A stretch of DNA of 64,000 nt, taken from Felis catus (taxonomy: Eukaryota). The stretch spans positions 15,068,001-15,132,000 of the forward strand of contig NC_058368.1 of the NCBI RefSeq assembly GCF_018350175.1, in the 5' to 3' direction. A program made the translations under genes and the position numbers. This document shows, one piece after another, positions 12,703 to 24,513 of the stretch. The notes below the pieces were generated by a model. It worked only from the letters and a program-made list of their open reading frames with translations. It did not search any database and was not told the origin of the DNA. Position 1 is the stretch's first letter; each line of letters begins with the position of its first letter.

Positions 12703-13157
12703 GAGAACCACACTTGAATTGAGAAAGACTGAATAAAGCAGACTGCCATTCTTAAAGTGGGTGGGTTTCATCTAATTAATTGAAGACCTAAGTAGAATAA
12801 AAAGTCTGAGAACTCCTCCAGCCTGACTACTGAGCTGAGACATTGGCCTTTTCCAGCCTTCAGATTCAGACTGAAATATCGGCTCTTAAGTCTTGAACCT
12901 GCCAACTTTTCAAATGAAATTTATACCATCAGCTTTCCTGATCCTCAGACCTTTAGATTTGGACTGGAACTACACGTTGGCTCTCCTGGGTCTCTGGCTT
13001 GCCAATTACAGATCTTGGGACATCTTGGCTTCCATAATCGCATGAGCCATTTCCTTAAAAGAAACCAACTTCTTCCCTATCTCTAGATAAATGGATAGAT
13101 GATAGACTGATCAGCATCCTACCGGCTCTGTTTCTCTGAAGAATCCTGATTAATATA
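12703..13157 (+). mobile_element. MLT2 (ERVL) LTR, 3' portion (inverted relative to its 5' portion)
   Basis: ttggactggaactacac, ctccataatcgcatgagcca-like text, end ggctctgtttctctgaagaatcctgattaatata. Confidence 0.8.
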
Positions 13158-13259
13158 GCCACATTTTATTTATTCATTCATCTGTCTATGGACATTTGGG
13201 TTGCTTCTACCTCTCGACTACTATGAATAGTGCTGTGAACATGGTGTGAAAATATTTCA

Positions 13260-13355
13260 GAAACATCCTTACAGACACATCCAGAGGAATGTTTTGCCAA
13301 ATATCTAGGCATCCCATGACCCAATCAAGTTGACACATAAAAATCAGCCATCACA
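13260..13355 (-). mobile_element. MLT2 LTR, 5' portion
   Basis: Reverse complement reads tgtgatggctgatttttatgtgtcaacttgattgggtcatgggatgcctaga. Confidence 0.8.
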
Positions 13356-13565
13356 GGGGCAACTGGGTGGCTCAGTCGGTTAAGTGTCCAACTTTGACTC
13401 AGGTCATGATCTCGTGGTTTGTGGGTTCAGGCCCTGCATCAGGCTCTGCTGAGAGCTCAGAATCCTGATTCAGATTCTATGTCTCCCTCTCTTTCTGCCC
13501 GTCCCCCACTAGCACTCTGTCTCTTCTTCCTCAAAAATAAATAAACCTTAAAAAAATAAAAATAA
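13356..13565 (+). mobile_element. Can-SINE
   Basis: TSD-like aaaaatcagccatcaca / aaaaattaaccattaca. Confidence 0.9.
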
Positions 13566-13580
13566 AAATTAACCATTACA

Positions 13581-14185
13581 GTGTTACATACATACAATGG
13601 AATATATTACTCAGCCTTAAAAAGGAACAATCTGTTAAATGCTACCATATGGGTGAACCTTTAAGACATTATGTTAAGTAAAATAAGCCAGTCACACACA
13701 CAAAAATACTATATAATTTCATTTATCTGAGGTATCTAAAATAGTCAAATTCATAGAAATAGAAAGTAAAATGGTGGTTACTGAAAGATGTCAGGAGGGG
13801 TAAAGGAATACTTGTTTAACAGGAATAGAATTTATGATTTACAAAATGAAAAAGTTCTAGAGACATATTTCACAACAATGTGAATACACTTAACACTACT
13901 GAACTGAACACTTAAAAATGGACAAGATGGGAGGCACCTAGGTGGCTCAATGGGTTAAGCATCTGACTCTTGATTTCGGTGCAGGTGACGATTCGGTGGG
14001 TTCGAGCCCTGCATGGGGTTCCACACTCGCACTGAAGAGCCTTATTAGGATTCTCTCTCTTCCTCTCTCTCTGTCCCTCCCCTGCTCATGCTCTCAAAAT
14101 AAAGAAACATTTTTAAAAATGGACAAGATAGTAAAATTTGTGTTATGTGATTTTACCACAATAAAAAAAATACCCCCCACAAAAA
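13581..14185 (+). mobile_element. L1MA-type 3' UTR with A tail, containing a SINE (13930-14112, TSD ttaaaaatggacaagat)
   Basis: catacaatggaatat...agtcaaattcatagaa...ttttaccacaataaaaaaaa. Confidence 0.8.
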
Positions 14186-14271
14186 GAAGCTATACATGGA
14201 TTTTCGACTGTGCAAGGCATTCATGCCCCTAAACCCCATGTTGTTCAAGGGTCAACTGTATATGAGATTTA

Positions 14272-14494
14272 TTTTTTTTTTAATTTTTTTTAATGTTTAT
14301 TTATTTCTGAGACAGAGAGAGACAGAGCATGAGTGGAGGAGGGGCAGAGAGAGAGGGAGACACAGAATGGGAAGCAGGCTCCAGGCTCTGAGCTGTCAGC
14401 CCAGAGCCCAACGCGGGGCTCGAACTCACAAACCCTGAGATCATGACCTGAACCGAAGTCGGTCGCACAACCGACTGAGCCACCCAGGCACCCC
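14272..14494 (-). mobile_element. Can-SINE
   Basis: TSD tgtatatgagattta (14257-14271 / 14495-14509). Confidence 0.93.
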
Positions 14495-15242
14495 TGTATA
14501 TGAGATTTATATATCTGAGTCATATATATATTGAGAGCCCTCTATATGCCAGACTCTGTGCTAGGCTCTGGGGGATATCATAAACAGGAAAACAAGGTCT
14601 GTGCTCTGATAGAGTTAATAGTTTCTTGAAGGGGTCAGACATTGAAGAAATCACTGTAGATAATCAATGAAGTAGTCAAATATGTGCCCAGTGCTGTGAA
14701 GGAAAGCCTTAGGGGCTGGTGGGAGTACCTACTTGAGAACTAACCTACTTTGCAGCCTCAGGCTTCCAGGCAGGAATGCCTCTGTGGCTGACTAGGAGTT
14801 AGCCACACAAAAGGTAGAACTGGGGAGAGAGCAGACTCAGAGAAGCAGTAAAGTACATTCGGGACAAACAGAACAGGCCCTGGGAAGAGGCCTGGGGTAT
14901 AGAGAATAGGTAAGTTTGAGAAAGTGAAAACGCCCAATATGGTACAGAGCATCTGAGGGAGGGACACATATGTTGAAACCAGAGGGGTACATAGGCCTTT
15001 GGGCCAAATTAGACATTTGGTATTCAAATGTCCCAAAATATTAAAATACCAGATATTAAGTTACTGGCATGATTGTATTTGCATTTTAAAAAGGCCACTC
15101 TATGATGGGACAGACAGGCAGAGTGCACCCTATGTGGTGGCACGGGGTGAATTTGAGAGACCATATTGCAGTTATGCAGGCAAGAACTGATGGCAGAAAA
15201 AAGACATACCCGAGAACTTTCTATAAAAAAATAAATATTTCT

Positions 15243-15440
15243 GGCGCACCTGGGTGGCTCAGTCAGTTAAGCATCCAACTCTTGGTTTCAGCTCAGGTCA
15301 TAATCTCATGGTTAATGAGTTTGAGCCTTGTATCAGCCTCTGTGCTGATAGTGCAAAACCTGCCTGGGATATTCTCTCTCCCTCTCTCTCTGCCCCTCCC
15401 CTCCTCACTATGTCTCAAAATAAATCTAAAACTTAAAAAA
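15243..15440 (+). mobile_element. Can-SINE
   Basis: Head, body and tail. Confidence 0.88.
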
Positions 15441-16035
15441 ATTGTTATAGATAAATAATTCTGAATATTTACTAATTATTAGTGCTAACACGTGACAAGA
15501 AGGATTAGTGCTAACATGTGACATTCACACAACTGAGGTCTCTTCAGGCTTGATTCTGCTCTGTGAATTCTGAGGAGTTTGGGCTAAAAGAGAAAAAAGG
15601 AGAGAATACACATTTCTAAGAAGAAATGAGAAGCTCAGGCAGAAATAATACCATCAAATAGGCATACACGGGAGGGAGCATAGGATTAGACTGGCAGACT
15701 GGACATGGAAATAGGAAAGGCACATGAGCATACTGGTATAGGAGGGCATGCTGGCATGGTGGATGACAAGAATGTCGCTTGCCACAATGTAAGTATTTCA
15801 TGTATATTTTTAAGTGGGGCATAATGGAGGTATGATTACTGGATGAGGAAACAGAAGTGGAGGGGAAAGATGGACTGAACAAACAGGACCACAGAAAGAA
15901 ACTTACAAGGTAGTTTAGCTCAACTTTTGGAATAAAAATTACTTGTTGCTTCACAAAAAGTAAATTATAAGCACACTTTAGAATTAGAGAATTTTAAATA
16001 AAACAGATTATTAGCTTTTAGAAATATTCTATGTC

Positions 16036-16199
16036 GATCTCATAGTTCATGGGTTCGAGCCAGGCATTGGGGTCTGTGCTGACAGCTCAGAGCCTGGAGC
16101 CTGCTTTGGATTCTGTGGCTCCCTCTCTCTCTCTGCCCCTCCCCAACTCACACTCTGTCTTTCTCTTAAAAATAAAAATAAACATTAAATTTTTAAAAG
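16036..16199 (+). mobile_element. 5'-truncated Can-SINE
   Basis: Begins mid-element; TSD gaaatattctatgtc on both sides. Confidence 0.9.
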
Positions 16200-16981
16200 A
16201 AATATTCTATGTCTATTTTTTCATTTTACAAATTGATTTTACTGTCATTAAAATAAGTTAGATTTGGATATATGAATATATATGATGCCCTCATGATGAC
16301 TTTCAAACTTCAAGCTTTACATCAGTGTTGGAATTCCTGGATTTTTGTCATTAGCACAGAATCAATTACCAACTCAAATACTTCCCCTGCTAGCGAAACG
16401 CTAATTGTGATGCTGTACAGGAGCTCCACTAATCAATAGAATTCCCAGAATCCAACACACTGGTGTGGAGCTCAGCTGCTCATTCACATTCTCCACAGAT
16501 CGATAAGCTAAAAGAGTTTCTAGTTTCCAGGATCACCAAAAAAAAAAAAAAAAGGAAAAAGAAAAAAAAAGTCCTCTTCCTAATGAGTCAATGTTCCTTA
16601 AAACAAAGCAACACAAAAACAAGGCAAACATCTCTTTCATCTACCCCAATTAACAGCACTTCTTTCATATGCCAAAATCAAATTGCAGATTCTGAGACCT
16701 TATAAGTACCTTCTCAGTTGAAGTCTCTTGGGTTTTAAACATTTGCAATTCATTAGGGGACAATCCATTTCTCCTCATTGTATTTCATACAATATACTGT
16801 TTAAATGTCATGATGGTTCCTGAGACCATACTCTACATACAAGATTGGATGTTGATATTCTAGTGTCCCTTCCTACGCCTGTCTCAGGTATTCTCTGAAA
16901 CTGAAGGCAGTTATAAGCTCAAAATGCAGCAGTACAGTTCCCTAGTCTTGCCACTATACCCGGGTCTGGTCCCTGGTAGCT

Positions 16982-17015
16982 GGGGGGGGGGGGGGGGGGG
17001 GGGGGGGGGGAGGGG
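16982..17015. repeat. Poly-G homopolymer (G29, then AGGGG)
   Basis: Read directly. Confidence 0.9.
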
Positions 17016-18182
17016 AGATCATATAAAATGTCTTGAGCTGAGCTGTACACTCAACTGACTAAAGAGACTCAGGAAAGTCCTGGCCTCTGAAATCTATCAT
17101 CAATAAGAGAACCAATGGTGTCTTATAAGTCCCTATGAAGCCAGGGAAAATTTCTAAACTCATTTACTTTAGAGTCAAAAGGACTCCAAGGGACAAAAGC
17201 CAGTGTCATTTTTGGGTAGTGGTCTCCTTGAGTACAGTTATCCATTATGCTGTCTGTGGGCCAAATGCAGCCAAATTAACTTGGCTGGTCTATTTGGGAC
17301 TTGCAACAAATAACGTTCTTTGCTAATGACAATTAAAACATTTTCAGTGAGAAAACTGAGAGCTTTACTATATATGTGAAAACACTTAAGTTCACTCACT
17401 ACTAGTAGGGTACCTGTGATAACATGTAGTTGAGTTCTGAGAATTTATTCTGGTCAATAGTAAAGGCTGGTGTGCTCTCTTCCCATTATGTTATTCTTCA
17501 GAAGAGTTTCTGCTGTGACCATCCTAAGTCAGGGTCACCACATGACCTGATGTTAAGCATATTAAGACCTAGAATTTTCTGCAATTCCTACTTATACTCA
17601 ACCATCAATTATAGAATAATGTTTTTAGTAAAACTACTTTCATGTTTTGTTGTTATTTTGTTTATTATCAAGCATTCAGCAGGGTAGGTCATGCCAACTG
17701 AGTAATGAGACTTACTGAGTTGCACTGTCAAGTCAAAGATGTTTTGGAATTACGGACACAAAAGCACAACTTGTTAGACCCCTGTGGCTCACTAAGATTT
17801 CTTAGTGAATTAATAAGTCAACTGATCAGACAATTGAAACTACATGGGAAAGATAAAGTCAGAGCCAAACTTGATTTGTAGACTGAGCAGATGGAACCTC
17901 ATTCCTTTGCTACTGCTGGACTGCTTGCAGCTCACGAGAACCACAGAATTCTAAAAACTGCAGAGACATTTCATGGAATGGAAAATCACAATTTCAGACA
18001 GGATCCATACATTGTTGATGAGTTTAAAAGATATTTTAATTTTCCATACCTGCCTTTGGAAGATAAAGTATCAGGATGTGTCTGAATTATCAAGTATCTG
18101 CTCTTTGAGTGTGGTTCAATTTTAGAATTCTGAAGCTAAGCATATGAACCCTAAAACTATCTTAAAATATTTTATCAATGCT

Positions 18183-18400
18183 GGGGTACGTGGGTGGCTC
18201 AATTGGTTAAGCGTCTGACTTCAGCTCAGGTCACGATCCCACAGTTTGTGGGTTCCAGCCCTGTGATGGGCTCTGTGCTGACAGCTCAGAGCCTGGAGCC
18301 TGCTTCAGATTCTGTGTCTCCCTCTCTCTCTGCCTCTCCCCTGCTCGCACTCTCTCTCTCTCTCTCAAAAATGAATAAACATTAAAAAGTGTTTTTTAAA
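18183..18400 (+). mobile_element. Can-SINE
   Basis: Head, body and tail; ttttatcaa flanks. Confidence 0.9.
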
Positions 18401-20898
18401 TACGTTTTATCAACAGGTAGTATTTGAGTTAAACCAGCTCAATAAAAATGTATTTATAAAATGAAACCCAACTGGGGAGTACTATTAAGAATGTTAACCT
18501 GTAATTGAGATGTGCCATAATTCTTGAGAATGTCAGTCTGTGAAGTACCAATATTTTTTATGAATGATTAAAATTGATCCCTGATTAGCTTCAAGCTGAA
18601 AATATCATTCTTCTGTAAGAATAAATTTAAGAATCTTATTAAACAGGCTGCTTACATTTTATTCTAAAATAAGCCTAACACTATAGCTAATAGGCTACAT
18701 GCTTCATTCTTATTTTTAATAGAAATCCATATGCCTTATAGATAAATAGATTTGTGATCACGGGCTCTAATACTGCAAATAAAGGTGGACACTTCTACTC
18801 TATATTAAGCTCCTCATTAACTGGTAAAACACATAAAGTACCCGGAGAGAAAAAAGTAAGATGAATTGTCGTGTATCTTGCCAAACCCATCCAGATTTTG
18901 AAGTATTACAACAACAAGGATCTAAGGGGGGAAAATCTAAAATACAGCAGAAGAAAAGCTAAACAAGACATTTTATTTTGGTTCAGTCATTAAATGTCAG
19001 CCCAAACTCAAAATATACAGTGTTTTAGGAAAGATAAAGGCTTAAATGCCTTACAAATGGGATAGTATGTTTATAGGACTCATTACTCTAAGAAAAACCA
19101 CAGGTTCAAAAATATAAACATGCTCCACAAGGGTTTAAATAATTCATAAGTAATAAACTCATAACAGATCTTAGGGCAAGAAAGGGAATTCCAGAGACAT
19201 TCCTAGCCTCTGAGGTCAGTATCATGAAAGGCACAGATTTCACAAAGAAAACTGTCCATTTTTTAGGGAGGAACACAAAAGCTAGAACTGTCTGCCCTGA
19301 ATGGCATTTCTTCTATTCATCCACACAATCACTCACTCATACCCACAGCAAGGTACTGAATACTTGCTATTAGTCAAAATCTATACTAGATATTGGGAAT
19401 AGTGGAACAAGAGACAAGAAAAACAAATCCAGGTGTTTTCAAATGATCCTTTTTTTCTTTTCAAACAAATGTTTCTATAGCAAAATAGTAGAACCATACG
19501 GTAAATATACTATTTTGTCATGTCTATATATTTAATGCCTTCTTTTTTCCCTGCTGAGAAATCTTTAGCTGTGTTATTCAGAGCAAAGGAACCAGCAACA
19601 GGGAGAATCCACACGGTGAATATGTTCTCTTCTCCAATCTTCTACCTTTTAATAATTACAACTGGACATAAAACTTGTTCTTAAATAGAACTTTATTCTC
19701 ATCCTGTTCAAAATGTAGCTTCAATACTGAGCAAATATGAAGCCTTTACCACAGAGGGACCTGGCTAGGTTCCCACTCTTGGAATGGGGAGAGAGACCAG
19801 CCACACTGATTTGTCCAGTGCTCTTGTAAAATGACATGTATTTTTAGTTTACACAAAGTTTGGCATATATTGAATCTCAGGTGTAAAAGAAGGGGCTTCA
19901 ACACACAAGCCAAGTAATTATAGACTTTTATAAGGAACATGAAGAGAAAAGACTTCTCCTCAGAGTTTTGTAAAAACAAGCCATATGGTCTTAGGTAAAC
20001 CACTTCACCCTTAGTTGTTTGTAAAGTAGGGATGAAGAAACCTGTTCCACCTCCCCATAACACTGTTGTAAAAATGCTGAAATACTGTAATAAATGCAAT
20101 ATTATGATGAGGTCCCAGCCAGGGGAATTCTATTCATAGGAGTCATTTTTTAAAGGTATATAATAAAATAGGTTTATCTTCAGAAGAAGGACAGTTCACA
20201 ACATGTCTTGGAAACGAAATCCACTTTGAGGTAGCCTGCCTGGTTTGTCTAGAGTTCGTACTCCCAGGAGAAAGCCAAAACAAATGCAGTAGATAATCTA
20301 AGAAACCCCAAGAGCTGTATCCGTCTCTCCACCTCTCTCTTTAACAAGGAACTCATTACTTTGACCTCTTCCCATTCCAACTTTTCTTGTCCCCTAACAG
20401 AATACACTTGCTTCTTTTTATTCAGGGATAATACTGACTCTGAACATTCTCCTTTAGTCTTGAAAGGCCTGTCCAGCAATTATTACAAGTCCTTGTATAT
20501 TCCAATATTATCTGCAATTACACTTTCTCTATCAAATCTTCTCGTAGAAGGGGAATGAAATTTTGACCTAACCTTGTTTAAAAACATCCAGAATGTCTCA
20601 AAATCCTATGTAGTCAGGCAAGGAAGCACCTAACTCTCCCACCACCAGACTCCAGATCTCTAAAGTAGAGTGGGTCAAACAGAACCAGAACATCTATGGA
20701 GCTACAAGATGAAACAAAAATATTGGAGGTGATATTGATCTGGACTCTAGGGATCCAAAGAGTTTTGAGGCTTTTCCACATTAGGACATCTCTTGAAGGA
20801 GACACTTTGAGTCCATCGCTAATATAACACAGAGCTAAGAGTGCTCACCTTAGTGTCTGCCATAAAAATTAATGAACTCCGAAAAGATGTGTCATTTT

Positions 20899-21126
20899 TT
20901 AAAAAATTTTTTTGTTTTACATTTATTTATTTTTGAGAAACAGAGTGAGACAAAGCGTGAGCAGGGGAGGGGCAGAGAGAGAAGGAGACACAGAATCTGA
21001 AGCAGGCTCCAGGTTCTGAGCAAGCGGTCAGCACAGAGCCTGATGCGGGGCTCAAACCCACAAACTGTGAGATCATGACCTGAGCCGAAGTTGGATGCTC
21101 AACCGACTGAGCCACCCAGGCACCCC
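20899..21126 (-). mobile_element. Can-SINE
   Basis: TSD gatgtgtcatttt. Confidence 0.92.
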
Positions 21127-21264
21127 GGATGTGTCATTTTAAATGACATAGATATTCAAAAGGAGTACTTATGGGATTAAGGTAAGTACTATGTACCAAA
21201 TAAATTTCTATGACCAATTAATTCTCACATTCACCCACATCACTTTTTTTGCTGTTGTTTTACC

Positions 21265-21453
21265 TTTTTTTAATGTCTATTTATTTTTGAGAGAAAGAGG
21301 GACAGAGTGCAAGTCAGGGAGGAGCAGGGAGAGGAGACACAGAATCGGAAGCAGGCTCCAGGCTCTGAGCTGTCAGCACAGAGCCTGACATGGGGCTCAA
21401 AAGACAGGAGTCGAAGGTGGACACTTAACTGACTGAGCCACCTACGCTCCCCC
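21265..21453 (-). mobile_element. Can-SINE
   Basis: Reverse-strand head, body and tail. Confidence 0.85.
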
Positions 21454-21593
21454 ACATCAATTACTTTTTAAATTAAAATGATAATTCTTATAATAGTATG
21501 CCAAACTGGCAATAAAAAAAATACTATGTATACCTATTCTTCCCATGAAAGTATCTCTCATCTTAAAAATTAAAGCATAAACAGTACCATCTT

Positions 21594-21624
<31 letters not shown>

Positions 21625-21641
21625 ATAGAAATGGGTTTCTA

Positions 21642-21905
21642 AGGGCACTTGGGTGGCACAGTTGGTTAAGCATCTGACTCCTGATCTTGGCTCAGGTCAT
21701 GATCTCACAGTTCATGAGTTCAAGCCCCATATCCGGCTCTGTGCTGATGGTGCAGAACCTGATGGTGCAGAACCTGCTTGGGATTTTCTCTCTCCTTCTG
21801 TCTTCCCGTTCCCCACTTGTGCACACACACACTCTCTCTCTCTCTCTCCCTCCCTCTCAAAAAAAAAAAAAAAAAAAAAAAAAAAACTTTAAAAAAATTT
21901 TAAAA
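21642..21905 (+). mobile_element. Can-SINE with internal 15-bp duplication (ctgatggtgcagaac x2), about 25 bp from the exon 2 donor
   Basis: Read directly; long A tail. Confidence 0.9.
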
Positions 21906-21928
21906 ATATAAACGTTTTTGAAGTTCAC

Positions 21929-22143
21929 CTAATTAATTTGGCAGCTTCCAGCTCGTCAGCAGTTGGTAAAGAAGTCATCTTCAAGAAAACCATGTCAAAT
22001 GGGCAATTCTCCAGAAGTGCTGCTGCCCCCTCCACATCTCTGATGGTTATGGAGACTTTTGCAATATGTGAAAAGGATTTCTGTGCAATATCAGCCAGGT
22101 ACTGAACAGTGACATCTCCAACTAATAAGAGGTCTATTTTTGC
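21929..22143 (-). CDS. SOHLH2: SOHLH2 coding exon 2 (AKIDLLLVGDVTVQYLADIAQKSFSHIAKVSITIRDVEGAAALLENCPFDMVFLKMTSLPTADELEAAKLIR), 215 nt
   Basis: Pyrimidine tract + TAG acceptor (AG at 22145-22144); donor AG|GTGAAC; open frame, phase 0 to 2; matches recalled SOHLH2 protein. Confidence 0.96.
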
Positions 22144-22361
22144 CTAAAAGAGAAGGAAAAAAAGCAGAAGTACCACATAATTCATATCTGAGCACAGAGA
22201 AGGTGCCATGTATGAGAGGATAAAATAAAGGTGACAAATAACACCATGACTGACTATACAAGCAGACCGAATGGTCAACGATAAGCACCTCAGGGACAGG
22301 AACTAGTAGTTTCTTGTCCTCAGTACTTAGGGTAGTGAATAGATCTGATGGTCATGCTATT

Positions 22362-22572
22362 TTTTTAAGGTTTTTAAATGTTTATTTATTTTTGAGAGAG
22401 AGAAAGAGAGAGAGCGAGGAAGAGGCAGAGAGAGGGAGACACAGAATCTGAAGCAGCTCCAGGCTCTGAACTGTCAGCACAGAGCCCGAAGCAGGGCTCA
22501 AACCCATGAACCATGAGATCATGACCTGAGCCAAAGTCCAATGCTTAACCAACTGAGCCATCCAGGTGCCCC
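22362..22572 (-). mobile_element. Can-SINE
   Basis: TSD ggtcatgc(t/c)attttt. Confidence 0.9.
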
Positions 22573-23173
22573 GAAGGTCATGCCATTTTTAAAAGTTCTG
22601 CCTACAAATAACTATTCTACTGTGATTTTCCTCCCAGTTTCTTTTTCATTCTAGGAACAATAGACAGGATTCTTAAGGCCTAGTTTCCCAATCACTCATC
22701 CTGCTGGAAAGTGTTTACTAATGAGAAAAAAATTGGTGATTCTCCTAAAGCACTTGTTTTAATGAAACACACATTCCAGAGAACAAAGTAAGATTTAAAT
22801 TCCTAAATTCCAAGAGATACTCACAGTCTTTTCTGTAAATGGAATATACATGCCATTCAAACTTCATTATTTTAGAGCCAAAAAGCATCTTTCTTTCCTT
22901 TGGGGGTTATTTTCAAGCACATTCAATCAAGAAAAATATAATTTCCATCTTCACCTTTTATTTTCCTATGTTTTATTCTCTACAGCTATTGAACATAATC
23001 CACTAAAACTGTCAAACAAGGGCGATGTTTAAATTAGTGGAAACAGTCAGCAGACACTTGGAAAGGGCAGGCCACAGGTCCGCATGAGAAAACAGATTTG
23101 GGAGCTGACCAGAATTGAAGCCAAAAGAAGTGGGTGAAGGAGTTGGAAATACCTAGGAAGAGAAAGGCAGCTT

Positions 23174-23382
23174 AGGGCGCCTGGGTGTCTCAGTCAGTTA
23201 AGCATCCGACCTTGGCTCAGGTCATGATCTCACCATTCATGAGTTCAATCCCCACGTCGGGCTCTGCACAGACAGCACGGAGCCTGGAACTTGCTTCAGA
23301 TTCTGTGTCTTCCTCTCCCTCTCTGCCCTTCCCCAGCTCACGCTCTGTCTCTCTTGGTCTCTCAAGGATAAATAAATGTTGA

Positions 23383-23462
<80 letters not shown>

Positions 23463-23530
23463 AAAAGAGAGAGAGAAAAAGAGAGAGAGAGAGAGAGAGA
23501 GAGATTGAGAGACACAGAGAGAGAGACGGA
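23174..23530 (+). mobile_element. Can-SINE whose tail became (GAAA)21 (23381-23464) plus (GA)n
   Basis: TSD gagaaaggcagct; perfect tetranucleotide array. Confidence 0.92.
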
Positions 23531-23851
23531 GAAAGGCAGCTGGCCAAAGATATATCCCTTCAGAGCAGGATGCTCTTGAAGGTGGCCCACCATGGAGTAT
23601 CCCCTCTCCTTCACCCGGTTTCCCAGGGGCTGCTGAAGGGAACTTAAGAGGTGCAAGAAACTAGTCAGGTTTAAAGTAAGTAAAACTTTGGCCCTTCTTA
23701 TTTCTGCCTTCTAATTTTCTTCCTTCTGTTAAAAAAAGAAAAGAAAAGAAAAAAGTGACTCTTCTTTTATCCCTCTCTCATATCCTAATTTAATCTCCTC
23801 CTCAGAAGCAACCACTGTCAATGATTTTGTCTATATCCTTCCAGATGAATT

Positions 23852-24513
23852 TTTTTTTTTTTGCTTTTTATTTTTTCCCTGTTTTTTTTTTTAATTTTAT
23901 TATTTTTTAAAAGTTACATCCAAATTAGTTAGCATATAGTGAAACAATGATTTCAGGAGTAGATTCCTTAGTGCCCCTTACCCATTTAGCCCATCCACCC
24001 TCCCACAACCCCTCCAGTAATCCTCAGTTTGTTCTCCATATTTATGAGTCTCTTCTGTTTTGTCCCCCTCCCTGTTTTTATATTATTTTTGTTTCCCTTC
24101 CCTCATGTTCATCTGTTTTGTCTCTCAAAGTCCTCATGAGTGAAGTCATATGATTTTTGTCATTCTCTAATTTCACTTAGCATAATACCCTCCAGTTCCA
24201 TCCACGTAGTTGCAAATGGCAAGATTTCATTCTTTTTGATTGCCGAGTAATACTCCATGGTATATATATATACCACATTTTCTTTATCCATTCATCCATC
24301 GATGGGCATGTGGGCTCTTTCCATACTTTGGCTACTGTTGACAGTGCTGCTATAAACATGGGGTTACATGTGTCCCTTCACAACAGCACACCTGTATCCC
24401 ATGGATAAATGCCTAGTAGTGTAATTGCTGGGTCGTAGGGTAGTTCTATTTTTAGTTTTTTGAGAAGCCTCCATACTGTTTTCCAGAGTGGCTGCACCAG
24501 CTTGCATTCCCAA
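23852..24513 (-). mobile_element. 5'-truncated felid/carnivore L1 3' end
   Basis: T-rich tail on left; perfect 15-bp TSD ccttccagatgaatt (23837-23851 / 24514-24528); ORF-track MFIAALSTVAKVWKEP...DEWIKKMWYIY is the ORF2 C-terminus. Confidence 0.93.

Larger units (their letters stand above)
12428..14258. mobile_element. Tigger2/MER28-type TcMar MITE split by a 1.5-kb nested insert
   Basis: TIRs CAGTTGATCCTTGAACAGCATGGG / CCCATGTTGTTCAAGGGTCAACTG; TA duplications at 12426-12427 and 14259-14260. Confidence 0.85.

Noticed and set aside
15616..15954. 112-aa minus-strand ORF in unique intron 2 sequence
   Set aside because: No recognisable homology, and not needed for SOHLH2 frame continuity.
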